This document shows, in pieces, positions 38,722 to 47,098 of a stretch of DNA of 63,089 nt. A program made the translations under genes and the position numbers. The DNA is taken from positions 1-63,089 of IMG/VR virus record IMGVR_UViG_3300044729_002069; one strand, written 5' to 3'. Under the pieces are notes generated by a model. It did not search any database, had not been told where the DNA came from, and saw nothing but the letters and a program-made list of their open reading frames with translations. The stretch's first letter is position 1, and each line of letters begins with the position of its first letter. Origin of the DNA: a virus. Lineage: Duplodnaviria; Caudoviricetes.

Positions 38722-39100
38722 GGCCCCAAGTTTGCGCATCGTTGAGAGGCGCAAACCTGGGGCGCCGCAGGAGGCGATCAACCCTCCTGGCCTGCCGAAG
38801 CAGGACTTGAGGCCCGATGCCGAAGCAGAGCGGGATCCGATGCCGAGGCAGAGCGGGAACACAACCCGGAGATTCCTACTATCGCGTCTAGCGCGGATTC
38901 AGAACCAAAGAAAGGGTTGTGGGCGAGGGTGGGTAGCCCGAAAGTGGCAATTTGAAATTACCGGACAGGCATCCACCCCCATTTCCGACGTTTGCTAGGT
39001 TTTCCGGTTGCAACGTTGGCCAACTCCCCGGAAACCGCCTTGCTGCTAGAGCAGGGGCTTGCGACAGTACCGGCAGGCAAGCCCGTCGCATCTGTCGCTT
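38722..39100 (-). ncRNA. Highly structured putative ncRNA(s) between two tRNA-like elements
   Basis: Continuous run of hairpins including two C-TTCG-G tetraloops; G-U wobble supports the minus strand. Confidence 0.6.
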
Positions 39101-39114
39101 GAAACTATAGCACA

Positions 39115-39215
39115 AAGCCCAGGAGGGACTTGAACCCCCATCGCTGTCAGTACTTCCACTAGCGTCCTAGGGAGAGGTGCTGGAGCCGCCTTATCCAATT
39201 GGTTCGCACTGGGCT
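39115..39215 (-). ncRNA. Atypical tRNA-like RNA B
   Basis: Acceptor AGCCCAG/CTGGGCT; T-arm GGGGG-TTCAAGT-CCCTC; D-loop-like CAATTGGATA; long irregular hairpin in place of the anticodon arm. Confidence 0.65.
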
Positions 39216-39245
39216 GGAAGCCCTGCAAAGTAGGGCGCGGCCTAT

Positions 39246-39974
39246 TCACCTACCGTAGGCAGGCAAATTTAGCGCATTCGTTTCAAAGAAACTTGGCATT
39301 ACGCTTGCTTTCGTCTCATTCAATTCAGGCGCTTTTCCATGGAAGAATAGGCTATCGCTTTGACGAAGCCAGAAGTCTTTGTCCAAGTATTTGTTGGACG
39401 ACTTGCCTAGCTTGTCGTAAATCCACAATGCAGTCATCTTGCGGAGCTTGTTCAGGCTTTCGCCATACTTTTCTCCTGCTTCTTTGCAGATTTCCGTATG
39501 ACAGAAAGCGTGACAAATCTCATCTCTTGAAATGTCGGACGCAACAGTTCGCAGCCCTTTGTCACCATTGAAACGAAAGAACGGCAGGATCGTGAAGAAC
39601 AAGCTCCGCTCAAGAACAGCCACCTTGGCAATGGGGTGGGCAGGATGATCAATCCATGCTTGACGAATCTTCATCGCCTCTGCTTCAGCTTTCTCGTCCA
39701 CGCCATGTGCAGCGGCCACGTAATTCAACGCAATGTCATGGCGCTCCTCGTCGAGAATGTTGCTCTCAATGCTTTCAATAAGGCCAGGCGTGCTCGGCAG
39801 ATCGCGGTTGAGTCCTTCCAAGAGCATGTCCTTCACGGGAAGCTCTAGGTGGCGGATTGCAAGGGCACGGAAGATGGTTTCTTCAGAGCCAGGTACAAGA
39901 TTGCCTTTGGTAACGGGCACGGCCTGCCAGGGGCGCTTGCGGGCAACGGCAGAGAAGTAGTCAAGAACGGCCAT
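39246..39974 (-). CDS. nrdB: Ribonucleotide reductase small subunit-like (ferritin fold), cyanophage short type
   Basis: LELPV, DEERHD, LE...FF..LPFFR, DISRDE..H diiron ligands; adjacent to the large subunit. Confidence 0.75.
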   Translation of the reverse strand: MAVLDYFSAVARKRPWQAVPVTKGNLVPGSEETIFRALAIRHLELPVKDMLLEGLNRDLPSTPGLIESIESNILDEERHDIALNYVAAAHGVDEKAEAEAMKIRQAWIDHPAHPIAKVAVLERSLFFTILPFFRFNGDKGLRTVASDISRDEICHAFCHTEICKEAGEKYGESLNKLRKMTALWIYDKLGKSSNKYLDKDFWLRQSDSLFFHGKAPELNETKASVMPSFFETNALNLPAYGR

Positions 39975-40058
39975 CGTTAATCAATGCGAGGAAAAGAAAA
40001 GACAGAAAACAAAGGGCCGACACTTCGGCCCCATGGTCATTGAGAAGGTGGTTGAAGA

Positions 40059-41492
40059 TCATTCTGCGCAACTCGCGCAGAAACCTCCGTCAATCGAGCA
40101 AGATGCTTGCTCCTCTTCACTGTCCAAGCTAAAGAACTCGGTCAGACTCTCTTCCAAGTCTACTCCAACATCATCCTTGGCTTGAGTGCCACTTTGCACT
40201 TGCAAGGCGTAGTAGAGAGAGGTTTGCGGACTTTCCAGCCATTCCTTCAGGAAGTCTTCGTCGCAAACCACCATGTCAGACCACCAGTTAAGGGAGTAGC
40301 CGTGCAGGAGGCCAGTGCGCTCCATGAGTCGCATGATGCCATCTGCCACTTTGCGGAAGGCTTCCCAGCCCACTTCCTCGGCAATCTCCACTTCACCGTA
40401 GTAAAAACGCTCTACACCCATCGTTTCGCTGTCACGATCAACGACACGGGCAATAGGAGGAGCAATTTCAGGGGCGGTGGTAAAGCCGCGAGAGTCGAGG
40501 TAGCGGTAGGAGCAAGAGGCGGTGGGAGCAATGGCAAAGGCGCGTTCCATATTGTACGAGCGTGCCACCTCTGCAGCAGATTCAATTGCATTGTCAAAGG
40601 CGCTTACGGCATCGCCAGCCTTTGTCTCATACCAATAATCCCATTGCTCCGTGCCAAGCGTGTAGCTCTCTAGGGCGTTACCAAAATCTTCGTAAGAAAT
40701 GCCATGAATGGAAAGGAAGTTGGCAAGGCCAAGAATACCTAGGCCCACCTGTCTGTCCTCTTCAGGCGGGAGATATTCACTGGTGCGACCCACTCCAGTA
40801 CGAGCATGAAGCTCGCAAACCTCTTTCATGCCAGCAGTAAACGCCTTCTCTAAATCATCAATGCCACATGCACCTGCGTTAATATGTTCAAGGAGGCAAG
40901 TTCCCCGAGACGGCATAGCCACTTCGAGACAAACCTGGAAGAAAACTCTACTCCCAAAACGATCATACTTCTTTTTGACAAGCCACACGTCCCCATTGGA
41001 GATCGCCTGAATTAGTTTAGTTCTAAACTCAGGCGTGGTGCGCTCAAAAAAGTACTCGTCTACGTTGATCGCACGTTTTGCCCATTGCAGCTCTTGTCGT
41101 GTCATGGAAATAAATTCCATAGCATCGGGATGGTCGTAGTCAAGATGAAGCACTACAGCCCCATTCTTAAACTTGCCACCGCGACGAAGAATCTCATTGA
41201 GCGTTGAATAGATTTTGCCAAAAGAGCATGGTCCTGAAGCAGTAAGCCCTTTGCCGTTCTGTTCACCTCGCGGACGCAAGTTAGACAAATGCACTGCCAC
41301 GCCAGCGCCATTACGAAGACCATGGGAAGTGAATCGCCAAGATGCTTCAATGCCATCACGGCCTTCCATTGAATCTTCAACGACAATTACTGCACAGCTA
41401 ACCGGCAAGCGCCCCTCAGGGTCTTCCATCCAGCTTTCCACTCGTCCAGTGCGGGCAATCTTGTCGCAACGTGCCTTGTCCTTTAGCGCCAT
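40059..41492 (-). CDS. nrdA: Ribonucleotide reductase large subunit, short cyanophage type
   Basis: RLPVSC, VCLEV, TCLLEH.N, RQVGLG.LGLAN, AIAPTASCS, TSLYY, C-terminal CASCAE. Confidence 0.88.
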   Translation of the reverse strand: MALKDKARCDKIARTGRVESWMEDPEGRLPVSCAVIVVEDSMEGRDGIEASWRFTSHGLRNGAGVAVHLSNLRPRGEQNGKGLTASGPCSFGKIYSTLNEILRRGGKFKNGAVVLHLDYDHPDAMEFISMTRQELQWAKRAINVDEYFFERTTPEFRTKLIQAISNGDVWLVKKKYDRFGSRVFFQVCLEVAMPSRGTCLLEHINAGACGIDDLEKAFTAGMKEVCELHARTGVGRTSEYLPPEEDRQVGLGILGLANFLSIHGISYEDFGNALESYTLGTEQWDYWYETKAGDAVSAFDNAIESAAEVARSYNMERAFAIAPTASCSYRYLDSRGFTTAPEIAPPIARVVDRDSETMGVERFYYGEVEIAEEVGWEAFRKVADGIMRLMERTGLLHGYSLNWWSDMVVCDEDFLKEWLESPQTSLYYALQVQSGTQAKDDVGVDLEESLTEFFSLDSEEEQASCSIDGGFCASCAE

Positions 41493-41565
41493 AGACGAAA
41501 AAGCCCGCGCAAGCGGGCGAGAATCAACAGAGGCAGACTAGCGCAGGACAGGGCTTCTTAACGGC

Positions 41566-41760
41566 TCAATCGCATAAGCCTTCACGATCTTCGACAGAGC
41601 AGCGGTCTTTCGCAAACAGGATGGCATCGTTGCGACTGCGGAAGTAGTGCGGGCGTCCTTCCCAAGCGATGAACCATTGAAAACCAGGCCGACTGGCGCA
41701 AGGCCACACCTTGATCGCAGACACCATAAATGGCGCGGGAAGGTCATCAAACATGCCCAT
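41566..41760 (-). CDS. Hypothetical protein
   Basis: 64 aa; co-oriented with the RNR genes. Confidence 0.6.
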   Translation of the reverse strand: MGMFDDLPAPFMVSAIKVWPCASRPGFQWFIAWEGRPHYFRSRNDAILFAKDRCSVEDREGLCD

Positions 41761-41761
41761 A

Positions 41762-41794
41762 AAAGAAGCCCCTAGTCAGTTAAGGCTAGGGGCG
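41762..41794 (-). terminator. Intrinsic terminator
   Basis: GCCCCTAG...CTAGGGGC stem followed by TTCTTTT on the minus strand. Confidence 0.6.
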
Positions 41795-41823
41795 ATGGAA
41801 GGGAAGTGGTTGTTCGTTGTGAG

Positions 41824-41922
41824 CTATTTGCGTCTAAGACGATGAGGAGAACAAATGCCGCCGTTGCCGTAGCCGTAGCCGGAGCCGTGGCCGTAGCCTA
41901 CGGGACGAAATATAGCGGTCAT
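41824..41922 (-). CDS. Gly/Tyr-repeat micropeptide (32 aa); not in the ORF track
   Basis: TGATG-coupled; MTAIFRPVGYGHGSGYGYGNGGICSPHRLRRK. Confidence 0.65.
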   Translation of the reverse strand: MTAIFRPVGYGHGSGYGYGNGGICSPHRLRRK

Positions 41923-42242
41923 CACAGCCCCCAGTTGTCGCTTACCGGCACGCAGAAAATTTCTGCGCCTTCGGGCATGTCCACATCCGCCATTGGGCGA
42001 ATGTCGGCGTTGCTGGGGTTTTCAATGACCTTGGCAAAGCCGCAGCTTTCCCAGCGGAACACCCACACAGCACGACTGATCCTGATGCGGCCATTCTCAC
42101 GGGTGATGTCACCAGCAAAAATCCAACCACGATCAACAACAATTACAGCGCGGTTGCCATTGGGTTTGGCTGCAGGAATAGAATCGGCCCTGACGTATTC
42201 CACGCCATTAACAGAAATGGAAGGCAGTTCAGCGGAAGTCAT
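41922..42242 (-). CDS. Small beta-rich hypothetical protein (DUF6948-like)
   Basis: Start MTSAEL at 42242; VIV..DRGW.F.G......I.I..A..V.RW...G. Confidence 0.65.
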   Translation of the reverse strand: MTSAELPSISVNGVEYVRADSIPAAKPNGNRAVIVVDRGWIFAGDITRENGRIRISRAVWVFRWESCGFAKVIENPSNADIRPMADVDMPEGAEIFCVPVSDNWGL

Positions 42243-42274
42243 GAGAAAAGAGCGATGGGGAATGAGGCAAGGCA

Positions 42275-42303
42275 AGGATAGAGCAGGCTTGTTGCCTTGT
42301 CAA
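42275..42303 (-). promoter_or_regulatory. sigma70-type promoter
   Basis: TTGACA-N17-TATCCT. Confidence 0.65.
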
Positions 42304-42674
42304 GCGTCCGTTGGCGGAAGATAACTGGAGAATGCATCACTGAGGGCTTCATGGCCAATGCCAGGTACTTTCTCCAGCCATTGATAAACTGCTCCAAAGA
42401 GCTTGTCGGCAGAATGTTCAAGATCATGCACGCCTTCGGAGTAGCCTTCAAGAACAGTGCATACGTCATCGTAGATGGTGGGAGGCTGTTCCCAAGGTTC
42501 CTTTTCTTTGGCTTCTTCTTTTGCAAGAAGATAACCAAAGGCTGCAGCAGCACTTTTCGTTGCGCATAGATCAAAAGGCTCAAAGCGCTCTACAAGCAGC
42601 TTGAACTCTGGCAATGGCGCGTGCTGCATGGCGAGGCCGATTAGACGGTTTTTGGTGGAGAAATGGTCAGTCAT
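42300..42674 (-). CDS. Hypothetical protein
   Basis: Start MTDHF at 42674 overlapping the upstream stop. Confidence 0.6.
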   Translation of the reverse strand: MTDHFSTKNRLIGLAMQHAPLPEFKLLVERFEPFDLCATKSAAAAFGYLLAKEEAKEKEPWEQPPTIYDDVCTVLEGYSEGVHDLEHSADKLFGAVYQWLEKVPGIGHEALSDAFSSYLPPTDA

Positions 42675-43005
42675 TGGGCAAAGCCTCCAATGCGCGGCGG
42701 ACGGTGTCAACATGCGCCTTTAGTTCATCGTGGACAGTGTATGCTTTGAGTTGGTCAATAGCGTAGCCGTCGATTTCATCGAGAGCGGACAACGCCTGTT
42801 GTTTTACGCTTGGCGGCTTGGGGCGGCGGGTGGCGCGGAGGTGGTTGCTTGTTTGATAGAAACCGCAGCGATTGAGCCACTCACAGCACGCCTCCAGCTC
42901 CTGATCTGCGCCAGCTTGGAATGCCGTTTCTATCGCGCACATTGGAGGCAGTCCGTTCAATTCCTTTATCAGCTCTGCTTGCATTTTCGCAGGATGATCA
43001 GTCAT
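42667..43005 (-). CDS. Cyanophage-type hypothetical protein
   Basis: Start MTDHP at 43005; GADQELEACCEWL...LR..RRPKPPS.K.QAL...RRALE.LP. Confidence 0.7.
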   Translation of the reverse strand: MTDHPAKMQAELIKELNGLPPMCAIETAFQAGADQELEACCEWLNRCGFYQTSNHLRATRRPKPPSVKQQALSALDEIDGYAIDQLKAYTVHDELKAHVDTVRRALEALPND

Positions 43006-43462
43006 TATTCTTCTCGTAGTAGCCAGCGGCATCCACCCAGCCCAGCAGGAGATCACTGTCGGACGGTGAAAGATCAATGGTTCCATTGCTGCGCTTTTTC
43101 CAGTAAGCAACTCCTTGATCGGTTTCACTCCAGGCAAATGCTCCCATAAGTTTGTAGCAGTCACCGTTAAGAGCTTCCACTGTGGCGGCCTTGTCAAATG
43201 CAATTTTGTTCAAGAACTTTTCAGTCACTGCAGGCTTGAAAGCCTCCTTCTTTAACGCTCTATTTGCAAGCAGCCTTTCCACTGCCTGGACAATCAGAGG
43301 CCACTCTTCAATGTCAATGGGAAGTTCGGTGTCAATTTCTTCAACTCGTAGCAAGATACATTTATCTTCTCCCCCCTCGTTTTCAATGGTGACGCGGGTG
43401 GAATAGGAGTGTTCGTCGCTGGGTACGGTTTCGTAGCCAAGGTTGCGAAGCGTGTAAGGCAT
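42998..43462 (-). CDS. Hypothetical protein
   Basis: 154 aa; AF.W..T.QG..YW motif; upstream TTGACG-N16-TATGCT promoter. Confidence 0.65.
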   Translation of the reverse strand: MPYTLRNLGYETVPSDEHSYSTRVTIENEGGEDKCILLRVEEIDTELPIDIEEWPLIVQAVERLLANRALKKEAFKPAVTEKFLNKIAFDKAATVEALNGDCYKLMGAFAWSETDQGVAYWKKRSNGTIDLSPSDSDLLLGWVDAAGYYEKNND

Positions 43463-43574
43463 GGTTGAGCCTTAAGGAACCTGCCTAGCATAAGCCTCTG
43501 CCTGCCCTCGTCAATCAGTCTCAACTGTCGCTTTGAGACTCAGCACGACAGCATTCCCTTGACTGCGCCAGTAG

Positions 43575-43811
43575 TCACCATTCCGGCCAGGAGCCATCTA
43601 GGTCTAATTCTTCCATGGAAGTGCGTAGGACTGTGGCAGCATGGCCAGTCTTGCCCGTGAGCGTAGGAGCGTAGCTGCCTTTCACGGAAGGCTGGAGCAA
43701 AGCCTTGAGCTTGCGGACTAGCTGGTTGTGCGTGCGCTTCTTGGCAATAGTGACTGACCAAATGGCTTCAAAGCGAAGCAAGGTGCGGGAAGGCTCAGAG
43801 CGTACGGTCAT
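43575..43811 (-). CDS. Hypothetical protein
   Basis: ATG at 43811, just after the upstream stop. Confidence 0.5.
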   Translation of the reverse strand: MTVRSEPSRTLLRFEAIWSVTIAKKRTHNQLVRKLKALLQPSVKGSYAPTLTGKTGHAATVLRTSMEELDLDGSWPEW

Positions 43812-43815
43812 GGGG

Positions 43816-44433
43816 CTACGGGCGAAGAGATCGAACGCTTTTACGAGGACGAGGCTGCGCTGCAAGCTTCCTGTAGAGAGTCATGCCAGCTTCCGTGAGT
43901 GCATACAGCCCTCTCTCTGGGCGCCAAGTCAAACCTTCATTCGCCATCCTGCTCAGCGTGTTGTAGATGGTCTGCTGAGGAATGGTAACGCTAGGCAGTC
44001 GGTGGATGCTTTCAGGAGACAGTGGCACAGGCGATGATCCCAAGGCTTCAATGATGATTTCCCTGGCGGGGCGTGAACCGTTGCTGCCAATCCTCCAAAG
44101 CAAGCGATTCTTGTAGTTGCCAATGGCGCACCGAGCTTCTCTTGTCTGACAAGGCAATCTCCTGACGAACTCCCGCAGCAGTGCATTGTTTGGCCTCCAT
44201 GAAGGAGCTGACAATGTGGCCATGGGAGCAATGGCGTCCAGGCGGGCAGTGATGGCCAGTTCGTCGTTGACAGACGCTGCTACCACCTTGAGCACAACAA
44301 GACGATGGGGAGAGTACCAGAGGAGGTCGAGCAAGCCCTGCTTAAAGGCTTCTGGAGTGGTTCGCCATGAGCAGTAGACAAAATCTGGATCGTTTTCCCA
44401 TTGAGCGACAAAAAAGCGACCGTCGTAGTCCAT
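43816..44433 (-). CDS. Protein with a C-terminal winged helix-turn-helix
   Basis: IIEAL....PLS...I......TIYNTLSRM..EGL..R.ERGLYALT. Confidence 0.7.
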   Translation of the reverse strand: MDYDGRFFVAQWENDPDFVYCSWRTTPEAFKQGLLDLLWYSPHRLVVLKVVAASVNDELAITARLDAIAPMATLSAPSWRPNNALLREFVRRLPCQTREARCAIGNYKNRLLWRIGSNGSRPAREIIIEALGSSPVPLSPESIHRLPSVTIPQQTIYNTLSRMANEGLTWRPERGLYALTEAGMTLYRKLAAQPRPRKSVRSLRP

Positions 44434-44439
44434 GAAAGA

Positions 44440-45430
44440 CAGGATTGACTTACCAGAAGCACCTTACCACTTACCACTTTTGCTTGCAAGCCCTGTCGTA
44501 GCAATGCCCTCGCACTTACCACCACCCATCGTTTACAATAGCGTTATGCGCAGCGTGTGTCTACGAGCAGTTGACGTGCCAACGCGCAGTGGTGCGAGCT
44601 GAACTGAGCGGTTACGAGCAGTTCAGGAACCTCCGCGAGCCGCTACGAGCGGGAGCCCCAAGCGTTCCTGACTAAGCGGCTCTGCTCTACCACTCCCTCT
44701 CAACTACCTTCTTCTTCCAGAAGCAGAAGGACGCGGCGAGAGGGAAGCCCCAAAGCGAACGTTCTTAAGCGTCCTTCTTTACGATGCTTTCCTAAGTAAC
44801 CTTCGCTAGGAGCCGAACGAGCAGAGCCACCAGCGTTTCGTACATAAGGCTCCCTCTCCACCACCAATCATCAATCTTCCTTCTTCTGGCGTGAGCGTTG
44901 AGTCTATGGGGAAGGTGTGCTTGCGTGGGGCTGGATAAAGAAAAGAGTTCAATACTATACAAAGAAGAAGAAAACAGCACCGTACTGATCAACGCTCTTG
45001 GGGAGCTACCCGCTCAAACGGTGCTTCCTGCGCGAGAGAACAATGGGAAAGGAAAGGCGGCAAGACATCCCTAATTCCAGAACAAAGCCTTTTCTTAGAG
45101 CGTATATACAACGTATCTACACAATAACTATCAGGAAAACAACTAACTGGTAATTATCAGGAATGCAACTAAAAGAAACAATCGGCCTCTTGAACAATCG
45201 CTAGGGCTACTTCTCGTTCGGCCTGCTACGAACAATCTTATGACCTCACTCCAGCTCGCTCATTGAAGATCGTTCGGTCAGTGACGACTAGCTTCTGACG
45301 GAGTATTGGCACGATGGGCAATGCTTGCTCAGTATTGGCTCTTTCCCATGGTCAGGCAATACTTCATTGTGGGGATGAACCTAGCTATTCCTTTCACTTG
45401 AGAGGGGATTAGCATGTGACATTGACAATT
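44440..45430. other. ~1 kb non-coding region with short repeats (candidate origin/control region)
   Basis: CTTACCA x4 (44449, 44463, 44470, 44515); TACGAGC x3 (44562, 44613, 44644); TATCAGGAA..CAACTA x2 in an A-rich tract; divergent flanking genes. Confidence 0.5.
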
Positions 45431-45438
45431 CAAAAGCT

Positions 45439-46008
45439 ATGGAAAAGCAGTGCTCCAAATGCCGTCTCGTAAAACCACATGAGCTTTTCTCCTTGAACAA
45501 AAGGTCTCATGATGGTTTTAACAACTGGTGTAAAGAGTGCTACAAAGAGTACTACTACGCCAATGCTTCCAAAATCAATAATCAGGCTAAAGCAAGAAGA
45601 CTAACAAATCTGCAGCCCTATACTGAATACCGCCGTCAATACGACAAAGAAAGAGAGAAGGGAGTAACGGGAAAGCTGAGGTCTATGTTGCGATCATCTA
45701 GGAAAAGAGCCAAAGAGAAAGGGCTTGAACATACCCTTAAGCTTGAAGACTTACAAGGATTGATGGTCTCTCATTGCCCCATCAGGCTCAAGAAGTTGTC
45801 ATGGGAAGATTCGGGCACTCAACTGCGCCAGTACGATCCTGATGCACCTTCACTAGACAGGATTGACTCCGCAAAAGGATACATACAAGGTAACGTCCAA
45901 ATTATTTCGCACCAAGCCAACACATGGAAAAATAGCATGACATTGGAACAGGCTCGCATGATTGTCAGATACATAGAAGCTCACTGCGACTGTGGGGATG
46001 AAGATTGA
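45439..46008 (+). CDS. HNH homing endonuclease with N-terminal Zn-finger
   Basis: KQCSKC..K....F......DG....CKEC; PSLDRIDS.KGY..GNVQII...AN..K. Confidence 0.85.
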   Translation: MEKQCSKCRLVKPHELFSLNKRSHDGFNNWCKECYKEYYYANASKINNQAKARRLTNLQPYTEYRRQYDKEREKGVTGKLRSMLRSSRKRAKEKGLEHTLKLEDLQGLMVSHCPIRLKKLSWEDSGTQLRQYDPDAPSLDRIDSAKGYIQGNVQIISHQANTWKNSMTLEQARMIVRYIEAHCDCGDED

Positions 46009-46091
46009 AAACTGCATCGAAATCCCGTTCCGTTTGGGAGGAGATACCCCGAGCAAACCAGCGCGAGGCTGGCTGTTACTGCTCCCTACGC

Positions 46092-46167
46092 TGTAGCGTG
46101 TGATACAGTTTCACACTTTGTAACGTAGATACATTGTAGATACGGGCGAAAATGAGAATGATTCTCC
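46092..46167. promoter_or_regulatory. Cluster of host TF-like sites: NtcA box, HLR1-like repeat, Fur-like box
   Basis: TGTA-GCGTGTGA-TACA (46092-46107); minus-strand GTTACAAA-GT-GTGAAACT-GT-ATCACACG; TGAGAAT-G-ATTCTCC (46153-46167). Confidence 0.6.
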
Positions 46168-46225
46168 CTTTCCCAAAAGAAAAAGCCCACCAACACTCAG
46201 TCAGCAGGCAGGCAAGCACTAACGG

Positions 46226-46417
46226 TCAGAAGCCCTGAAAGCCCTTCCTAAGGGCTTCCGTTGCGCTTCTGAAAGGGGAGCAAGGGGAAGCTTGGCAAAG
46301 CTTGCCAGAAGCGCTGCTAAGGGCTTCCTGCAGGCTTTCGGGAGCTTCTTCCTGCAGGCTTTCTGCAGCAAGCAAAAGAGCGAAAGCCTCAGAAGGGCTA
46401 AGGGAAAGTTTGATCAA
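46226..46417 (-). CDS. Hypothetical protein (compositionally biased island)
   Basis: 63 aa, L/S/A/E-rich; TTGA overlap with the upstream gene. Confidence 0.55.
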   Translation of the reverse strand: MIKLSLSPSEAFALLLAAESLQEEAPESLQEALSSASGKLCQASPCSPFRSATEALRKGFQGF

Positions 46418-46851
46418 GCTTCCCCTTCTGCGGACTTCCTGTTAGGAAGAGAAAGCCATAGGCTTTTGCCTTCATAGTGTTCACTGTATGGGAGACAAGA
46501 AGAAAGGAAGCGTTCTTCCCCTAGGCTTTCCGCAAGCGGGAAAGCCTCACAAAAGAAAGGGAAAAGCCAGGACAGAAGCTCTTTCTGGAAAACCTCAAAA
46601 GCTTCCAAGCGTTCCCAACCTTGCGGCATCTTGTCTAAGCTTTCAGGCCGATAGAACGTTTCAGGATAGACAAAGTAGCCTTGTTGGGAGCAAAGCGAAA
46701 CAAGATGAGAAGCCCTTAAGGTTTCAGGTTTTCTGAAAAGAAGCCCGAACGTAGCACCGCCACCAACAAAAGGGGACAATGTGGCAAGGGCTTTCACTGA
46801 GGGAAGCTCAGCAGAAGCGAAAGAGGGAAGCGAAAGAGAAGGGGAAAGCAT
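46414..46851 (-). CDS. Hypothetical protein (compositionally biased island)
   Basis: Probable start MLSPSLSLPSF at 46851 after a pyrimidine-rich leader. Confidence 0.65.
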   Translation of the reverse strand: MLSPSLSLPSFASAELPSVKALATLSPFVGGGATFGLLFRKPETLRASHLVSLCSQQGYFVYPETFYRPESLDKMPQGWERLEAFEVFQKELLSWLFPFFCEAFPLAESLGEERFLSSCLPYSEHYEGKSLWLSLPNRKSAEGEA

Positions 46852-46882
46852 GGCAGAAAAGAGGGAAAGGAAAAAGGGAAGC

Positions 46883-47050
46883 TCAGCGAGAAAGACAGAA
46901 AGCCTGGAAAGCGTCAAGAAAGAGGAAGAAATCTTCTTCTGACTGATGATTTCCGGCACTTTCAGCGAAAGCATTAAGGGCCTGCAAGGCATATTGCGCT
47001 TCCTTTCTATTGAGAAAAGAGAAGGAAGCGGGAAAGCCGGGATCTTCCAT
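46883..47050 (-). CDS. Hypothetical 55 aa acidic/Phe-rich protein; not in the ORF track
   Basis: MEDPGFPASFSFLNRKEAQYALQALNAFAESAGNHQSEEDFFLFLDAFQAFCLSR; leader CTTTCCCCATG. Confidence 0.55.
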   Translation of the reverse strand: MEDPGFPASFSFLNRKEAQYALQALNAFAESAGNHQSEEDFFLFLDAFQAFCLSR

Positions 47051-47098
47051 GGGGAAAGAAAGAGGGAAAGAGGGAAGCCCGAAAGCTTCCCCATAGGA

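Noticed and set aside
39040-39100. HDV-like (theta) ribozyme downstream of tRNA-like B
   Set aside because: A pseudoknot is possible, but I cannot place P3/L3, P1.1 or the J4/2 catalytic C; left unassigned.
38732-39249. Short ORFs across the structured RNA region
   Set aside because: No recognisable protein features; they overlap tRNA-like folds and dense hairpins.
46099-46133. CRP box TGTGA..TCACA and a second NtcA box
   Set aside because: Both have 7-nt spacers instead of the required 6 and 8.
46852-47094. N-terminal extension of the 226-aa ORF 46414-47094
   Set aside because: Stop codons are rare in this TA-depleted DNA, so frames stay open. A better start at 46851 and a separate 55-aa ORF explain the interval.
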